Assembly (NCBI GenBank): GCA_035691205.1 | Contig: DASSJM010000017.1 | Location: 9,481-73,480 of the forward strand | Direction of reading: 5' to 3' | DNA from: Actinomycetota bacterium | GTDB lineage: Bacteria; Actinomycetota; UBA4738; HRBIN12 | Length of the DNA: 64,000 nucleotides | In this document: in pieces, positions 16,760 to 25,654 of the stretch | How the letters are laid out: each line of letters begins with the position of its first letter | Position numbering within the stretch: position 1 is the first letter of the stretch | Notes under the pieces: generated by a model | What the model was told of the DNA's origin: nothing | Databases searched by the model: none | The model's input: only the letters and a program-made list of their open reading frames with translations | Position numbers and translations under genes: made by a program

Positions 16760-18417
16760 GTCGGCGCCTGGCCGCCGCGCTGCTCGCGCTCGGTCTGCTG
16801 GGGGCGTCCTGCATCGCCCCGGACGCCGAGCAGGGGACGGCCGGCGGGGTCACGGGCGACCGGGCGTCGCTGAAGCGGTTGATCCGTCGTGCGTGCGCGG
16901 AGGTGCCGCACGACGCGCTGCTGCGCACGTGGCGGGGCACGCGCCTGGACCGTAGCGGCGACATCCAGATCATCCCCTTCGAGCCCGACTTCGTGAACGG
17001 CGGGCTCACCCACGCCACGCCGTTCGACCACACGCAGGAGGTGCCGCTCCTGCTGTTCGGGTCCGGGATCCGCCCCGGCGTCTACCCGGAGCCGGTCACG
17101 CTGGCGGACGTCGCGCCGACGCTCGGCGCGGTGCTCGACTTCCCGTTCGAGACGCCGGACGGTCACGCGCAGCTACAGGCCTTGTTGCCGGAGGACCGGC
17201 GCGAGCCTCCGCGACTGGTGGTCACGCTGGTCTGGGATTCGGCGGGCGACAACGTGCTGGAGCGGTGGCCCGAGGCCTGGCCGACCCTGCGGGCGATGGC
17301 CGAGGAGGGAGCGTGGTTCACCGACGCGCAGGTCGGCGCGTCGCCCTCGAACACGCCGACCGGCCATGCCACGATCGGGACGGGCAGGTTCCCCAATCAC
17401 AACGGGTTCGTCGACGAGTACATCCGGGTGAACGGGATGCTCCAGAAGCCCAACGAGAACGGGCCGGGGTTCCTGCTCGACCCCACCCTCGCCGACCTGT
17501 ACGACCGCGCGATGGGCAACGAGCCGAAGGTGGCAGCGATCGCCACGCTCGCGGCTCACGTCATGATGATGGGCCACGGCTCGCAGTGGGTCGGCGGCGA
17601 CCGAGACATCGCGGTCACCCGCGAGAACGAGTCCGGTCCCACGGCCGGCGCCGAGAGCACCTCGTGGAACCTCACCAGCGACATGTCGTCCTTCTACGTC
17701 CTGCCCGCGTACGCGAACGAGCTCGCGCCACTGGAGGACTACCTGGACGAGGTCGACCGCGCGGACGGCGCGCGGGACGGGATGTGGCGCGAGCACGCGT
17801 TCGCGCAGTACGCGGAGGGGTTCGACACACCGGCCAGGACGCCGTACCAGCAAGCGCTCGTCGAGGAGGTGATGCGGCGCGAGGAGCTCGGCGCCGACCG
17901 GGTTCCGGACCTCCTGTTCGTGAACTACAAGGCGATCGACACGATCGGGCACCTGTTCAGCGCCGACGGCATCGAGATGTCCGACGCGGTCCGCACGCAG
18001 GACGACGCCCTCGCCTCGTTCGTTGCGTTCCTGGATGAGACGGTCGGCCGCGGCCGGTGGACGATGGCCGTCGTGGCCGACCACGGCACCCAGGACGACC
18101 CCCGGGTCTCGGGCGCGTTCTCGATCGACATCCGCAAGCTCGAGGAGGGGCTCGCCGCCCGGTTCGACGACGACGGCGACGACGCCGTGCTGGTCAAGAA
18201 GGTGCGGCCCACCCAGATCTGGCTGAACCACGACGAGCTCGAGGACAACGGCCTGAAGCTCGCGGACATCACCGGCTGGCTCTTCCGGCTCAGCCAGGCG
18301 GAGGTCGTGAAGCCGGGGCGCACGCCGCCCGAGCCCCAGGCGCCGGTGTTCGCGGGCGTCCTGCCGTCTCGTATCCTTTCCGGACTCCCGTGCCTGCCCG
18401 AGGCCAGCGCGGGCTGA
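16756..18417 (+). CDS. Alkaline-phosphatase-superfamily lipoprotein (paralog 3)
   Basis: ATG 16756 overlaps the stop of paralog 2 (ATGA). Lipobox LLGASC. LVVTLVWDSAG. VGASPSNTPTGHATIGTGRFPNHNGF. VVADHGTQ. C-terminal LPCLPEASAG. Confidence 0.85.
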   Translation: MSRRLAAALLALGLLGASCIAPDAEQGTAGGVTGDRASLKRLIRRACAEVPHDALLRTWRGTRLDRSGDIQIIPFEPDFVNGGLTHATPFDHTQEVPLLLFGSGIRPGVYPEPVTLADVAPTLGAVLDFPFETPDGHAQLQALLPEDRREPPRLVVTLVWDSAGDNVLERWPEAWPTLRAMAEEGAWFTDAQVGASPSNTPTGHATIGTGRFPNHNGFVDEYIRVNGMLQKPNENGPGFLLDPTLADLYDRAMGNEPKVAAIATLAAHVMMMGHGSQWVGGDRDIAVTRENESGPTAGAESTSWNLTSDMSSFYVLPAYANELAPLEDYLDEVDRADGARDGMWREHAFAQYAEGFDTPARTPYQQALVEEVMRREELGADRVPDLLFVNYKAIDTIGHLFSADGIEMSDAVRTQDDALASFVAFLDETVGRGRWTMAVVADHGTQDDPRVSGAFSIDIRKLEEGLAARFDDDGDDAVLVKKVRPTQIWLNHDELEDNGLKLADITGWLFRLSQAEVVKPGRTPPEPQAPVFAGVLPSRILSGLPCLPEASAG

Positions 18418-18440
18418 CGGCACGAGGGGAAAGCGGAGAG

Positions 18441-21400
18441 ATGGCGCTCACGAAGGATCGTCCCGGTCAGGTCGTCGACGTGCCCGAGCCGGGCAGGCGC
18501 GGCCGGCCGTCCCACCTGCTGGTCCTGTTCATCGCGATCGGGCTCCTGCTGCTGGCGTTCGGCTGGACGTTCCTGCAGGACCCGTCGATCAGCGCGCCGA
18601 CCCGAGACCCGGCCTGGTACACGTGGCGCTCGAACCTGCTGATGAACGACGACCCCGGGCTCGTGGCCGGGGACTGGGGTCCGTTCCACATGTTCGGCGG
18701 CGGCTACCGGGTCGCGGTGCCGCTGTACGGCTCGATCCTGCAGCGGGTCGCGGGGATCGACCTGTACACGTTCAGCGCGTTCATGATGATCGGCCTCCCG
18801 GTGCTGAGCGGCCTGGCCCTCGGCGCGTTCTCCTGGCGCAGGCATCGAGATCCGCTCCTGTTCCTCCTGGTGATGCTCTCGACGGCGGCGCTGTTCATGA
18901 CCACGCCGTACGTCGGGTACCTGGACAACATCACCGTCCTGTACTTCCTGTCGCTCACGCTGGCGTTCTTCGAACCCGGGCGAACGTCGTGGGGCTCGCG
19001 CGTCGCGCTGTTCCTGTTGGGGATCGCGGCGGCGTACACGCACCCGACCACGTGCGTGATCTTCGGCATGTCCCTCATGGGCGTGTTCGGCCTGCGACTG
19101 CTCACGAGCCGGTTCCACCTCGGACCGCCGCTCCGGGAGCTCGGGCCGTCGCTGATGTCGGTCGGGTTCGGGATGATCGCTGGTCTGGGGAGCTGGCTCG
19201 TCTCGCCGTGGGGCGTCGCCGGCTCGCTCGCCGACGCCGCCCTCCCGCCGCCCTACACGAAGGAGGTCTTCCTCAAGCGCCTGGACGGCTGGGTCGACTC
19301 CCTGCAGCCGATGATCATCGTGCCGCTCGTGCTGCTCGCGATCGGCTGGACGGTCTACCGCGCCCGCAAGGACCGCAAGCCCTCCGACGGGTTCGCGACG
19401 ATCTCCGCGATGATGCTCCTCCCGTTCCTCGGGGTCTTCGGCTTCGTCGTCGCCACCTACCCGTACTACCGCTTCATGAACGCGACCGTCGGCCTGTTCC
19501 CGCTCGCGGGGCTCGGCGCGTACGTCGCGATCCGGTGGCTGTGGAAACGAGACGGCGCGGCCAAGATCGCCGGCGTGATCGCCTCGCTCGTGATCGTGGC
19601 CTCCTTCGGGTACATCTGGGTGAACGGACGCGAGGCCGCGCAGTGGGCCGACGCGGACAACCAGTGGATCGACCAGCCCACCCGGACCGCGCTCGAGGCG
19701 ACCCGCGCGATCGTCGAGGGCGAGTCCGAGCAGAGCCCGATCGTCTTCGTCGTGAACTACCAGGACGCCTATCAGGCCTACGGCTGGTCGAAGACGTTCA
19801 CCAACGTCTCGCGGACCGGCCTGCCCGGCGACGCCGTGAAGCGCTCGATGACCTACTTCGGGAGCGTCGAGGACTTCGTGGCCGATCGCCCGACCCAGCT
19901 CACCGACGAGACCTACAACAAGATGGCGCGCGGGTTCCATCGCGAGCTCGGCGAGCTGCGGCAGGAGTACACGGGAGCGCCGATCGTGTTCCTCGTCCGC
20001 CAGTTCAACGAGGGCACGGGCAACGAGGAGCTCCTGGACGCCGGGGGTGACGACCTCATCATCCTGGGCGACGACATCGCGGTCGTGACCGGCGAGGGGC
20101 TGACCACCCCTTCGACGGCCTCGCTCGAGGCCGCCCGCGCGGCCGAGGCCGAGGTGGCCGCGTTCTACGCCGACCACCCGGGGATCTTCGGGAACCTCGG
20201 GCACACCCTATGGGTGCTCGTGGCGCTCGGGCTGCTGCTGATCGTGCCGGGCGCGCTGGCGGCGCGGTTCTTCGACCTGGACGACGCGTGGCTGAAGGTC
20301 GCGCTGATCCCGGGGATCTCGATCACCCTGACGGTGCTGTCCGGGATCGCGGTCGTGGCGGTGACCCGAGCGCCGTTCGGCGTCGCGCACGGGTGGGCCT
20401 CGCTCGGGCTGGCCACGGCGGTCGCCGCCGCGCTCCGCTTCGGCTCGGCGCCGATCCTGCGGGTGCTGAACGCGTTCGGCAGGTTCTTCAACAAGATGTT
20501 CTCGGTCTTCTCCAACGCGGACTTCGCGTCGCTGATGGGGGTGCAGTTCCTGGCGATGGCGGCCGACGGCGTGATCCGCGGCTCGATCGCCAAGTCGATC
20601 GCGTTCGGCGGTCAGGAGGGCTTCGACGTCACCACCGTCCCCGACGCGAACTACCTGCTGAAGGTGGTGCTGGCGCTCTACATCCCGTACACGTTCATCA
20701 GCCCGTTCATCGGCGTGTTCATCGACCGGTTCGAGCGGCGTCGCGTGCTCTCGCTCTCCAACGTCGTGACGGCGGTGGTGGTCGCGGTCGTGGCGGCGGG
20801 GGCCCTGATCCCGCTCGGCGACGACACGTCCGAGGGCAAGATCGGCATCACCGCCGCGCTGATCCTCGGCATGCTCGTGATGCAGGCCTGCGTGCGGATC
20901 GTGCTCGCGGTCAAGTCGGCCGCGATGCCCGACGTGCTGGCGGGCAGGGACCTGATGCAGGGCAACGGCCTCTCGCAGGCCGGCGGGGCGCTGTTCCAGG
21001 TCCTGGGCGCCGGGATCGCGTTCGGGTTCGGCGCGGTGCTCCCCGCGTGGCTGGTCGTGGTCGGCGGGGCGGGCGTGCTGATCGCCGCCTCGGTCGTGGC
21101 TCGGCGGATCCGCCGGATGGAGGCCGCCCCCCACGAGATGAGCTTCGGCCAGGAGGCCAAGCGCATCCTGAGCGACATCGTGGCCGGTCTGCGCGAGGTG
21201 AAGGACCGACCGGCGGGCGCGCTGGGCCTGACCTCGTTCCAGATGATCCGGTACCAGTTCTGGGGCTTCACCCTGTTCGTCTTCGGCCTCTACGCGAAGA
21301 ACCTGGTCGAGGGCGGGGAGGCCGACACGATGGCCCTGGGCCTCGTGGGAGGGCTCGGGTTCCTGGGCGGCGCGCTTGGCCTCGTCCTCGCGCAGCGCTG

Positions 21401-21818
21401 GAAGGACACGATCCCGCCGATCCGACTGCTGCTCGGCTCGATGGCGCTCCTGGGCGCCGGCACGGTCGTGTTCGGTTGGTCGATCACGATGGTGGGGTTC
21501 GCGGCCCTGCTGTTCGTCGGGTTCTTCGCCTTCTTCATGGCGAAGATCTCCGCCGACACGATCATGCAGCAGGCCATGCCGGATGATTTCCGAGGACGCG
21601 CGTTCGCGCTGTTCGACATCGCCTACAACCTCGGCTTCATCGTGCCGGCGATCATCCTGTCGTTCGTGTGGGTCGAGAACGATCCCGGCCAGGTGCGGAC
21701 GATCCTGCTCGTGTCCGGGGCGGTGTTCCTGGTGCTCACCGGGTTCGTGTGGCGCTGGTCCAGGTCGATCCGAGGCCAGTTCGCCCCGCAGGACGACCTC
21801 GTGGATGCGGAGGCCTAG
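18441..21818 (+). CDS. Large (1125 aa) polytopic membrane protein: N-terminal multi-TM domain (possibly GT-C-like), a central soluble domain and a C-terminal MFS transporter domain
   Basis: Start MALTKDRPGQ at ATG 18441, after ggggaaagcggagag. About 12 TM helices in the first 450 aa, with an acidic first loop (LLMNDDPGLVAGDWGPFH). The C-terminal about 520 aa has 12 predicted TM helices and the MFS signature FIDRFERRRVL. Confidence 0.85.
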   Translation: MALTKDRPGQVVDVPEPGRRGRPSHLLVLFIAIGLLLLAFGWTFLQDPSISAPTRDPAWYTWRSNLLMNDDPGLVAGDWGPFHMFGGGYRVAVPLYGSILQRVAGIDLYTFSAFMMIGLPVLSGLALGAFSWRRHRDPLLFLLVMLSTAALFMTTPYVGYLDNITVLYFLSLTLAFFEPGRTSWGSRVALFLLGIAAAYTHPTTCVIFGMSLMGVFGLRLLTSRFHLGPPLRELGPSLMSVGFGMIAGLGSWLVSPWGVAGSLADAALPPPYTKEVFLKRLDGWVDSLQPMIIVPLVLLAIGWTVYRARKDRKPSDGFATISAMMLLPFLGVFGFVVATYPYYRFMNATVGLFPLAGLGAYVAIRWLWKRDGAAKIAGVIASLVIVASFGYIWVNGREAAQWADADNQWIDQPTRTALEATRAIVEGESEQSPIVFVVNYQDAYQAYGWSKTFTNVSRTGLPGDAVKRSMTYFGSVEDFVADRPTQLTDETYNKMARGFHRELGELRQEYTGAPIVFLVRQFNEGTGNEELLDAGGDDLIILGDDIAVVTGEGLTTPSTASLEAARAAEAEVAAFYADHPGIFGNLGHTLWVLVALGLLLIVPGALAARFFDLDDAWLKVALIPGISITLTVLSGIAVVAVTRAPFGVAHGWASLGLATAVAAALRFGSAPILRVLNAFGRFFNKMFSVFSNADFASLMGVQFLAMAADGVIRGSIAKSIAFGGQEGFDVTTVPDANYLLKVVLALYIPYTFISPFIGVFIDRFERRRVLSLSNVVTAVVVAVVAAGALIPLGDDTSEGKIGITAALILGMLVMQACVRIVLAVKSAAMPDVLAGRDLMQGNGLSQAGGALFQVLGAGIAFGFGAVLPAWLVVVGGAGVLIAASVVARRIRRMEAAPHEMSFGQEAKRILSDIVAGLREVKDRPAGALGLTSFQMIRYQFWGFTLFVFGLYAKNLVEGGEADTMALGLVGGLGFLGGALGLVLAQRWKDTIPPIRLLLGSMALLGAGTVVFGWSITMVGFAALLFVGFFAFFMAKISADTIMQQAMPDDFRGRAFALFDIAYNLGFIVPAIILSFVWVENDPGQVRTILLVSGAVFLVLTGFVWRWSRSIRGQFAPQDDLVDAEA

Positions 21819-22352
21819 GTGGAGCGAACGCCATCACCCGATCCGGTGGCCGAGGCGGCTGCCTACCAGGCGCACCTGCTCGGCCTCCTCGGCGAGGACG
21901 ACCCGGCCGAGGTGCAGGCCACCACCCCCCAGTCGTGGGGGGCGCTCGTAGCGGAGGCGGCTGCCCGGGTGGCCGAACGTCCCGAGCCCGGCGAGTGGTC
22001 GGTGCTCGAGTGCCTGGGCCACGCCTTCGACTCCGAGTGGGTGGTCGGCGCCCGCTACCGGTGGATCGTCGCGCACGACGAGCCGCCGCTCGTCGGCTAC
22101 GACCAAGACCTGTGGGTCGACCGCCTCCAGCACGGACTCGACGACCCCGTGATCCTGCTCGAGACCTTCGCCGCGCTGCGGAGCGCCAACCTCGCCATGT
22201 GGGCGCGCTCGACCGAGGAGGATCGCGCCCGGATCGGCATGCACACCGAGCGTGGGCCCGAGAGCTTCGACCTCACCTTCCGCCTGCAGGCCGGCCACGA
22301 CCGGTTCCACCTCGATCAGGCCCGCCGCGCCCTCGCGGCGGTCGCGGGCTAG
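21819..22352 (+). CDS. DinB-family protein (DinB_2/MDMPI_N-like metal-dependent four-helix bundle)
   Basis: GTG start. WSVLECLGHAFDSEW motif. 177 aa. Confidence 0.8.
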   Translation: MERTPSPDPVAEAAAYQAHLLGLLGEDDPAEVQATTPQSWGALVAEAAARVAERPEPGEWSVLECLGHAFDSEWVVGARYRWIVAHDEPPLVGYDQDLWVDRLQHGLDDPVILLETFAALRSANLAMWARSTEEDRARIGMHTERGPESFDLTFRLQAGHDRFHLDQARRALAAVAG

Positions 22353-22624
22353 TTCTCGACGGCGGCGACCGTGCGTTCGAACTCGGGGAAGTAGCTCCCG
22401 ATCACCGAGACGTCGAACGAACGCAGGATCGACTCCTTCGGCTCGCGTTCGAGCAGGAACTCCATGCACGCGCGGACGAACGCGTCCGGTGTTCGCCCCG
22501 CGCCCAGTCGCTCCAGGTCCTCGGCCGAGACGCTGACCTCGTGCTCCGTGCTCGAGCCGTCTTCGTCGTCGATCCGGACGGAGAACCGCCCGTCGTCCCT
22601 CGGCTGAACGGTGATGGCGGCCAT
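22349..22624 (-). CDS. Small hypothetical protein (91 aa)
   Basis: MAAITVQPRDDGRFSVRIDDEDGSSTEHEVSVSAEDLERLGAGRTPDAFVRACMEFLLEREPKESILRSFDV... Protein-like composition. 4-nt convergent overlap with the DinB gene. Confidence 0.45.
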   Translation of the reverse strand: MAAITVQPRDDGRFSVRIDDEDGSSTEHEVSVSAEDLERLGAGRTPDAFVRACMEFLLEREPKESILRSFDVSVIGSYFPEFERTVAAVEN

Positions 22625-22647
22625 CGCGCGGGTATCGTACGCGCGCC

Positions 22648-23436
22648 GTGCCCGAGATCCGACTCGACGACGTCACGCTGTACTGCGAGGTGGACGGCGA
22701 CGGCGCACCCGTCACGGTCGTCGCCCACGGCCTGACGAACAACCGGAACGAGCTCGCGGGGTTCACGCCGCTGCTCCCGGGGACCAAGGTGCGGTTCGAC
22801 TTCCGGGGCCACGGCAAGACCGTCACGTCGCCGGACGCCCGCTTCCGGTTCGAGGACTTCGCGCGCGACGTCGATGCGGTGGCCGCGGCCTACGAGGCGA
22901 CCGTCGCGATCGGCACCTCGCTCGGCGCGGGGGCGATCGGGAACCTGGTCTGCCGGGTCCCCGATCGCTTCGAGCGGATGGTGTGGCTCCTGCCGGCCGG
23001 GCTGGACATCCCCTTCCCGCTGAAGGACCGGTACCACGAGCTCGCGGGCGGCCTCGAGGGCAAGACGCCCGCCCAGGCGCTCGAGGCGATCCTCGGCGAT
23101 CCCGCGAAGATGGCCGAGCGGATCCAGACGCCGTGGCGCTGGGAGATCGAACGGGTGCTCTGGGAGCACGACGACTTCGACGCGCTCGCGCGAGCGATCA
23201 ACGGCGTCATCGAGGACTGGCCGATCCCCGATCGCGAGCTTCTGCGGGACGTGGCGATCCCCACGCTGATCGTCGGGATCGGCGGCGATGAGATCCACCC
23301 GGCCGAGCTCGCGATCCTGCTCGCCGACCTCATGCCGAACGCGGAGCTCCAGATGTTCGAGAGCCAGGATGCGTTGTTCCGACGGATCCCCGAGCTCCTT
23401 CCCCGGGTGGCGGCCTTCCTGATGGGGGAAGGATGA
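22648..23436 (+). CDS. Alpha/beta hydrolase
   Basis: VVAHGLTNN and GTSLGAGAI (GxSxG) motifs. 262 aa. Confidence 0.85.
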   Translation: MPEIRLDDVTLYCEVDGDGAPVTVVAHGLTNNRNELAGFTPLLPGTKVRFDFRGHGKTVTSPDARFRFEDFARDVDAVAAAYEATVAIGTSLGAGAIGNLVCRVPDRFERMVWLLPAGLDIPFPLKDRYHELAGGLEGKTPAQALEAILGDPAKMAERIQTPWRWEIERVLWEHDDFDALARAINGVIEDWPIPDRELLRDVAIPTLIVGIGGDEIHPAELAILLADLMPNAELQMFESQDALFRRIPELLPRVAAFLMGEG

Positions 23437-23461
23437 GGCACATGACACGGTTGTCGCCTGC

Positions 23462-24010
23462 ATGAGCGAGCTGACCGAGTTCCGGGCGAGCAAGGACGCG
23501 TTCTTCCGCGATCACCCGCGATCGCCTCTGACCGAGGACCAGCGCTCCGGCTTCGGGGGGCTCGAGTACTTCGCCGAGGATCCGGCGCTCGCCGTCCGAG
23601 CGACGCTCGAGGTCGAGGGCGTCGACCGCGACGAGCCGATCGTGATGCAGACGACGGACGGAGGGCAGCAGGTCTATCGGCGCGCCGGCGTCGTGCGGTT
23701 CGAGGTGGATGGCGAGCCGGCGCAGGTCACGCTGTACTCCTCGTCCAACATGCACGAGCTGTTCCTGCCGTTCCGCGATCGGACGAGCGGGTCCGAGACG
23801 TACGGCGCCGGTCGCTACCTCGAGGTCGAGCCTCCGGGCCCCGAAGGCCATGTCGAGGTCGACTTCAACTACGCGTACAACCCGTACTGCGCCTACAACC
23901 CCGACTGGGCGTGCCCGATCCCGCCCGGCGAGAACTGGCTGGGCGTGCCGATCCGCGCCGGCGAGAGGACCTTCCCGGGCGCCTACGAGCCCGGACACGG
24001 CGTCGGGTAA
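23462..24010 (+). CDS. DUF1684 domain protein
   Basis: 182 aa. Conserved YAYNPYCAYNPDWACPIPPGENWL block typical of DUF1684. Confidence 0.8.
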   Translation: MSELTEFRASKDAFFRDHPRSPLTEDQRSGFGGLEYFAEDPALAVRATLEVEGVDRDEPIVMQTTDGGQQVYRRAGVVRFEVDGEPAQVTLYSSSNMHELFLPFRDRTSGSETYGAGRYLEVEPPGPEGHVEVDFNYAYNPYCAYNPDWACPIPPGENWLGVPIRAGERTFPGAYEPGHGVG

Positions 24011-24019
24011 CCTGCGCTG

Positions 24020-24733
24020 GTGACCGAGGAGCTGTACGCGACAGACGCTTACCTAACGACCTGTGAGGCGATCGTCGAGAGCGTCGGCGACGATGGCCTC
24101 GTGCTCGACCGGACCGTGTTCTACGCGCGAGGTGGTGGCCAGCCGGGCGACACCGGGATCCTTCGCTGGGACGGCGGGCAGGCGCGGGTCACCGACACGT
24201 TCAAGCAGAGCGGGCGGCTCCTGCACGTGGTCGATCCCTCCGAGGCGCCGGAGCCGGGCACGGCCGTCACCTGTGAGATCGACTGGGATCGCCGCCACGC
24301 GTTGATGCGCACCCACACGGCCTTGCACGCGCTGTCGGGCATCGTCTTCACGGGCTTCGGTGCCAAGGTGACCGGCGGCAACATCTCGGAACCCGGCGTC
24401 GCGAGGATGGACTTCGAGCTCGAGTCGATGTCGGGCGAGTTCGGCCGCGAGGTGGAGGAGCGACTGAACGCCGCTCTGGAACAGGACCGCCCCGTCCACG
24501 TCAGCTTCCTGCCCCGGGTGGAGGCCCTCGCCGATCCGGACCTCATCCGCACCAAGGTGAACCTGATCCCCGAGCACGTGGACCCGATCCGGGTGATCGA
24601 CATCGAGGGCATCGACAAGCAGGCGGACGGCGGGACGCACGTGCGCTCGACCTCGGAGGTCGGCCACGTCCGCGTGGCGAAGACCGAGAGCAAGGGCAAG
24701 GCCTTCAAGCGGATGCGGATCGAGCTCGCCTGA
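24020..24733 (+). CDS. AlaX-like alanyl-tRNA editing protein (tRNA synthetase second additional domain)
   Basis: HTALHAL (HxxxH zinc site). DGGTHV. CEIDWDRR. GTG start. Confidence 0.85.
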   Translation: MTEELYATDAYLTTCEAIVESVGDDGLVLDRTVFYARGGGQPGDTGILRWDGGQARVTDTFKQSGRLLHVVDPSEAPEPGTAVTCEIDWDRRHALMRTHTALHALSGIVFTGFGAKVTGGNISEPGVARMDFELESMSGEFGREVEERLNAALEQDRPVHVSFLPRVEALADPDLIRTKVNLIPEHVDPIRVIDIEGIDKQADGGTHVRSTSEVGHVRVAKTESKGKAFKRMRIELA

Positions 24734-24735
24734 AC

Positions 24736-25644
24736 GTGGGCGACCCGCACGCCCGGCATGACCTCCTCGGCGGGCTGGCGGCCGCCGCGTCGGCGATCCT
24801 GTTCGGCGCCATCATCATCTGGGGACGATTCGTCCTCGAACGTGGCATCCCGGTCGAGACGATGTTGTCGATCCGTTTCGCGATCGGCGCCCTCGTGCTC
24901 CTCGCCGCGATCCTCCTCACGCGGCGGCCCGTCCTCGCGGAGCCGGGCGAGCGTCACCGGCTCGTGCTGCTGTCGCTGTTCGGCTATGCGATCGAGGCGA
25001 GCATCTACTTCACGGCGACCCAGCACGGGACCGTCGCCAGCGTCACGCTGCTGTTCTTCATCTACCCGGTCTGGGTGATGCTGTGGGCCCGAGCCCTCGG
25101 TGGCCGTGTGCCGACCGGGTTGACCGTCGTCGCCCTCGTGTGCGCCGTCCTGGGCGCGGTCATCGTCGTCGGGACCGGGACGGGTCTATCGATCGACGGC
25201 GTCGGCGTGGTGCTCGCGCTCGCGACCTCGCTCACCTACAGCGGGTACCTGACCGGCGCCGACCTGTGGATCAAGCGGACGAACGCGCTCACCGCGGCGA
25301 TGTGGGTGAGCGCCGGGGCGTCGGTCGGCCTGTTCGTCTGGGCCAACGCGGTCGGGCACTGGCAGCTGCCCTCGGGCGCGGCGGAGTGGGGGCCGCTCGT
25401 CGGGATGGGCCTCGCCTCCGGCGCCGCCTTCTTCTTCCTCATGGAGGCCCTGAACCGCATCGGAGCCGTCCGCACGGCGATCGTCTCGGCGATGGAGCCG
25501 CTCGCCGCGGCCGTTCTCGGGCTCTGGTTCCTGGACGAGTCCGTGACCGCCGGGATCGCCGTCGGCGGTCTGTTGATCCTCGCGGGCTCGGTGCTCGCGA
25601 GCCTCGCCCGCACGCCGACCCCGCAGGAGCAGCAGATCCCCTGA
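24736..25644 (+). CDS. EamA/DMT family transporter
   Basis: 302 aa, 10 TM. Two EamA-like halves. GTG start 3 nt after the previous stop. Confidence 0.85.
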   Translation: MGDPHARHDLLGGLAAAASAILFGAIIIWGRFVLERGIPVETMLSIRFAIGALVLLAAILLTRRPVLAEPGERHRLVLLSLFGYAIEASIYFTATQHGTVASVTLLFFIYPVWVMLWARALGGRVPTGLTVVALVCAVLGAVIVVGTGTGLSIDGVGVVLALATSLTYSGYLTGADLWIKRTNALTAAMWVSAGASVGLFVWANAVGHWQLPSGAAEWGPLVGMGLASGAAFFFLMEALNRIGAVRTAIVSAMEPLAAAVLGLWFLDESVTAGIAVGGLLILAGSVLASLARTPTPQEQQIP

Positions 25645-25654
25645 GGGTCGCCGA

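Noticed and set aside
13344-18423. Long minus-strand ORFs antisense to the lipoprotein array (13344-15503, 15137-16645, 17173-18423)
   Set aside because: They are antisense to three well-supported paralogous genes, with Arg/Pro/Gly-dominated composition.
18623-21586. Multiple 300-475-aa ORFs overlapping the large membrane protein or MFS gene on both strands
   Set aside because: They are shadow frames of the 1125-aa gene, with no motifs and biased composition.
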